This document shows positions 59,198 through 64,000 of a DNA stretch of 64,000 bases, piece after piece (the stretch's first letter is position 1; every line of letters starts with the position of its first letter). The stretch spans positions 34,100,001 to 34,164,000 of the forward strand of contig OZ024753.1 of NCBI GenBank assembly GCA_964016885.1, in the 5' to 3' direction. Under the pieces are notes generated by a model that was not told the DNA's origin, ran no database searches, and worked only from the letters and a program-made list of their open reading frames with translations. The translations under genes were made by a program, and so were the position numbers. Origin of the DNA: Eledone cirrhosa (lineage: Eukaryota).

Positions 59198-59875
59198 CAT
59201 ATATATATATATATATATGCATATATATAGTCATATATAATATATGTATATAATTATATAAATATAAATACACACACACATCTATCTATATATATACATA
59301 TATATATATATTCTGCTTTTTGTTTTTGTATATATTACATAAAAAAATATATTTTTATGATAGTTGTTCTTATGAAATAGTTATGAAATGCTTTTTTTTT
59401 TAAATATATCAATATAGTTATTTTTTTATACATTAATTATTTTTCGTATAGAAGTCATTTGCAACGAACTTTCATTGTTTCCAATATTACACTAGACAAT
59501 TGAAAGACAAGGAACTATTAATAATCTTCTGTGAAGAAATTATATAAAATATATATATGAAAATTATTTTTCTTTCTCCCAATTAGGAACGTGTTCCTTT
59601 TTTAATGTTCTTTGTGTTTCTCTAGTTATTTATCTTGGAAAAAATAAAAGTTGAAGTGTTTATGGCCGATTAATTCATAAGAATGATTCGTTACATGATA
59701 TGATAACAGAAAAGAGCAACAGAAATTGGAAAGACTTTTTGTGAACTTCGTTATGCTCCATTATAACATAAACTTGTTTTCTTCTTGTTTCCCATACATG
59801 GGCATGCAATACATTCACTAAATATTCAGACACACATTCACAAACACACGTTCATATATATATATATATATATAA

Positions 59876-59920
<45 letters not shown>

Positions 59921-60063
59921 GGTTGACGGATCCAGCATATTTATCAATGCCAGTACCGGTTGTATCTCAGCGCACTCAATGGGCAATGTAAGATACATTA
60001 CCAGAGTATACACATAGTTATTTGCCTCATCACAACACACGTAAAACGGGTGCCTATAAGGTT

Positions 60064-60173
60064 CCCGGACTCGAGTTTCTGCCGCACTAATGCAGCAGTA
60101 AGGTGCACTGCACCATCTGCCTGCATATATTATGCAACAATGCACAATCGGCTTATGCGGCTTCATCAGCGGG
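60064..60173 (-). ncRNA. Type I hammerhead with long stem II
   Basis: Reverse complement reads cccg-CTGATGA-a gccgca...tgcggc a-GAAA-ctcgag-TC-cggg. Confidence 0.85.
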
Positions 60174-60250
60174 TATCGCCTAATCAATAACCAATCGATC
60201 GACAGAATCCATATATATATAAGTAGTTCCACAACAGTTAGTTCACCATA

Positions 60251-60290
60251 CCGAGAACAAATGTTTCACCTTATGTGGATCCTCAGCGCG
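60251..60290 (-). ncRNA. Second, minimal hammerhead-like motif
   Basis: Reverse complement reads cgcg-CTGAGGA-tccacataaggt-GAAA-catttg-TT-ctcg; imperfect stems. Confidence 0.5.
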
Positions 60291-60376
60291 TCCCATGGAC
60301 TAGTGCTCTACTACTACGGATATAACCCTCCAGTGTTCTACTATTATATATATAAATATATATGTGTGTGTATGTG

Positions 60377-60427
<51 letters not shown>

Positions 60428-60431
60428 TTAT

Positions 60432-60500
<69 letters not shown>

Positions 60501-61738
60501 ACACACACACACATACACTTTCCCTCTCCTTCACCACCTCTGGAGGAAATTGGCAGTGTTCAAACTTGGAGAGGCGATAGATTTCGCCAGATTCTAAATT
60601 CCCAAGTCACTACAGCACTTCGATCAAATTTTACAGGTTCATAAATATATATAATTATGTTGTGTGTGTGCGTTCATGTGTATGTGTACTCAGACTAACA
60701 AACAAGTTACAGCCAGTTTGAACAGAAAGAGGTGAGAGAATTCTGACCGGATATGGCTGGTTTAAATGCTAAAGGGTTAAACAAGTAACAAGAAAACCTC
60801 CTCTACAACTCTCCTGTTTGTTAAAATTAAAAACAGAGATTACTACTCTTTCGTGAACATTTTAAGATTCTTTAAAATAAGATTATCAGAATATTCAATT
60901 ATATGCTTACGGTTTTATACTGAAAATATTGGAGCCATTCCAACAGAGTGACTCGTTTATTACAGCCGTAAATACCATTAAATTTATTCTAACTTCCTTA
61001 TAAAATCTATTAAATGTGGTTGCGGATTTCTTACTGAGATAATTGGGCTCATACAACTCTCTATTTCATCAGAGGGAGGTGAAGTGATAACCAGTTAGTT
61101 GGAGAGTGAGGGTCTGGAGAAGGATGGTAGGGTCATGGGGAAGACAGGCGTATAGGAAGCGGAGAGTTGGTAAACATTTGAAGACGACACAATCGATGTT
61201 GACTGTTCCATTAATTTGAACATTTATTTTTTAAATGGACGGCCGTCATGTGAAATTATGTAAAGTTGAGCAAAACATCGAAATTGTTGAGCAAAACATC
61301 GAAATTGTAATGCAATCTTTACACTTTGAATAAGAACTAGATAATGTTAATAATTGAATACAAACTTTCTATGTAAAGCTAGTAATTGGAAATTAGATGA
61401 TCTGCTTGTCATTTTATTGAGGTTTTTATGCTGTCCTTCTATTAAAATTGTTGGTGTGAATTCTGTTCTTTTACTGGTGCATTTATGTTGATATGGTAAA
61501 TTCCTGCAAGTCTCGTTTATGATCAATTTTATGGTTGTTATCGCTTCTGTCTTTATTGTTCTCATCATATTTATTGTGAAAATATAAAATTTATGCTAGT
61601 GACTTCGTTACAGTCATGGATGTTTCTCATTTTCTTTCGTTATTTAACATTATATCACAAACAGTGAACAATAACGCCATTGGTTACAGGTTTCCAATAA
61701 AAATGGATGAGTCTGTAACTCGATACAGAACAAATATT

Positions 61739-61952
61739 GGTTTCTGATTTAGGCACAAGGCCAACAATTTTGGGGCAGGGAAAAGTCGATTAAAACGCCT
61801 CCAGTGCATTACTGGTATTTTATTTTATCGACCTCGTAAGGATGAAAGGCAAAGCTAACCTCAGAAGTATTTGAACTCAGATCGTAAAGGGTCGTAACTC
61901 TATGCCATAAAGCATAGAGTTACGACCAATATTGTCAATCCACCACCCTCGG
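61739..61952 (-). mobile_element. tRNA-derived SINE with 15-bp TSD
   Basis: TSD tacagaacaaatatt at 61724 and 61953. Confidence 0.87.
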
Positions 61953-62056
61953 TACAGAACAAATATTACAAGGTGGTTGGTTATTTTACAACAACAGAGT
62001 TTCTGAGCAAAATAAAAACATCGATAACAATTGATGTAGCTTGTCCTGCTAATAAT

Positions 62057-62248
62057 TGGTTCTACTTTTGGCACAAGGCCAGCATTTACCTCAGGGCATT
62101 ACTGGTACTTTATTTTATCGACCCCGTAAGGATGAAAGGCAAACTTAACATCGACGGGATTTGAACTCAGAACGTAAAGGGCCATAATTCTATGCTGGAA
62201 AGCATGGTCTCTGACACTCTACCGATACTGCCAATCCACCAACCTTTG
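62057..62248 (-). mobile_element. tRNA-derived SINE with ~16-bp TSD
   Basis: TSD ttgtcc(t/g)gctaataat at 62041 and 62249. Confidence 0.87.
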
Positions 62249-62414
62249 TTGTCCGGCTAATAATATTAGTTTTATCAAAAAAGATAAATTTCCTCTGTCT
62301 CTTCTGTTCCATTGTACACAGAAGTAAAAGAAAAATAACTTGACATTTCAATAGAAAACAGACATGTGTGATAGACAGAGTATGTGGAGGTTTGTGAGTG
62401 CTTGTGTGCCTAAG

Positions 62415-62513
<99 letters not shown>

Positions 62514-62612
62514 GTGTGTGTGTGCGTGTGTGCGTGTGTGTTCATATCTGAGTATATATATATGTATGTGTGTCTGTGTATATGTCATTTTGTGAGTGCT
62601 TATGTGTCTGAG

Positions 62613-62654
<42 letters not shown>

Positions 62655-63154
62655 TGTGTGTGTGAGTGCATGTATGTGAATATATAAAGGTGAAAGTGTC
62701 ACTCCATCAATCGTATGTTTATATTTGTTGGAGGTATTGTGATGGGAATATTTTAAGTGCACGGATATTGGATTATTTGTGATGGGGGAAGGAGAAAAAT
62801 ATATTACATTCTTCTGTCTTATAGACCTTCGTTCCAGTCTATCTCAGAGTAGAAAATATTGACCATATTGTCTGGAAAAATGGACACCCAGTTAGAAAAA
62901 CGTTATATAAAACACACACACGCACAAACATTCATATATACATATATATATACACACACATATATATATATCTAACCCATGCTAGTGTGGAAGATGGACA
63001 TTAAACGATGATGATGATGATAATATATATATTCATTCCTTGTATTTTGATCATGCTTTATTTTTATTTTTTATTTCATTCGCACCGTTTCCTTTCGCTA
63101 TATGTCTCTCCACCACTCCCTACACACCCTTTGAACTCTGTTCCCACACACTTC

Positions 63155-63190
63155 TCACCTGAGGAAGGGCTTATGCCCGAAACGTCGTTC
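63155..63190 (+). ncRNA. Minimal Penelope-type hammerhead
   Basis: CTGAGGA-a gggc(ttat)gccc-GAAA-cg-TC; short stem I; followed by AATAAA and (TA)n. Confidence 0.75.
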
Positions 63191-63276
63191 CCCACCACCA
63201 CCCCACTCTCCAGAGCGTGAAATTAATAAACATTCGTTGTACTGCCTCTCTGTTTTGTTCCTGTTCAAATTTTTCC

Positions 63277-63336
<60 letters not shown>

Positions 63337-63338
63337 TG

Positions 63339-63382
<44 letters not shown>

Positions 63383-63847
63383 GTAAACAGACACTTTATT
63401 CTATGTTGCTCTTTCTGCCAGGAGTTGTGACTGGTAGATAGTATTGGCAATGGAAACATTGTTTCCTTGGTCCGATTTGACAAGGTGCACCCCACTCAGC
63501 AAACAAATGAGGTCTGGGATCTTGTCGATTGATCAGAGAGAACGATACACACATGTATATATATATATATATATATATACAACCAAGCTATTAACAGAGA
63601 AGGATGGACAAAGAAATGAACTCTCTTCTCTGAATGAACATGTATGTGAAAATTAATTTTTCTTCCTCTTTTTATTTTTATTATTATTATTTGTACAAAT
63701 ATGCAACTTAACAATATTCTGCATATCCGCAATTGACAATGCATATAATGCTGAAACCGGTATTGTAAATAAATTAATGTTTTGATATTTCACTGAAAAA
63801 ATCTCTTCAATATTTTCTACTGAAAAAATCTTTTTCCTTTCTACTAT

Positions 63848-63888
<41 letters not shown>

Positions 63889-63891
<3 letters not shown>

Positions 63892-64000
63892 TCATTCATC
63901 ATTTCATTTTACGTCCGCTTTTCCCTGCTTGCAAGGGTGGGACGGGAACTGATTCTGGCTTGGTTTCTACAGCTGGATGCCCTTCCTAACACCAACCTCA
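63889..64000 (-). mobile_element. RTE-type 3' UTR end (runs off window)
   Basis: tcatcat..acgtccgcttttcc..tttctacagctggatgcccttcctaacaccaacc. Confidence 0.7.

Overview
AT-rich, microsatellite-saturated eukaryotic DNA. The tRNA-headed SINEs and RTE 3' ends look like those I associate with octopus/cephalopod genomes (inference). Nearly all ORFs in the supplied track are (TA)n/(CA)n/(GAAA)n artefacts. Real coding content is retrotransposon-derived: a 5'-truncated Penelope-like element (RT + C-terminal GIY-YIG, ~5498-10627, minus), a near full-length two-ORF L1/Tx1-type LINE in a (GATA)n array (~17191-22880, minus), and 3' fragments of CRE-like, RTE and Tx1 LINEs. There are also many SINEs and Tc1/mariner and piggyBac MITEs. 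The most striking hidden signal is about 17 type I hammerhead ribozyme motifs from roughly 10 unrelated sequence families. Almost all lie in short islands embedded in (TA)n, often as head-to-head palindromes, and many are followed by a shared ACTC...GAGT tail hairpin. One family is tied directly to the Penelope element. A phase-compatible chain of candidate microexons on the + strand hints that the window may be intronic. All calls and coordinates were read by eye.
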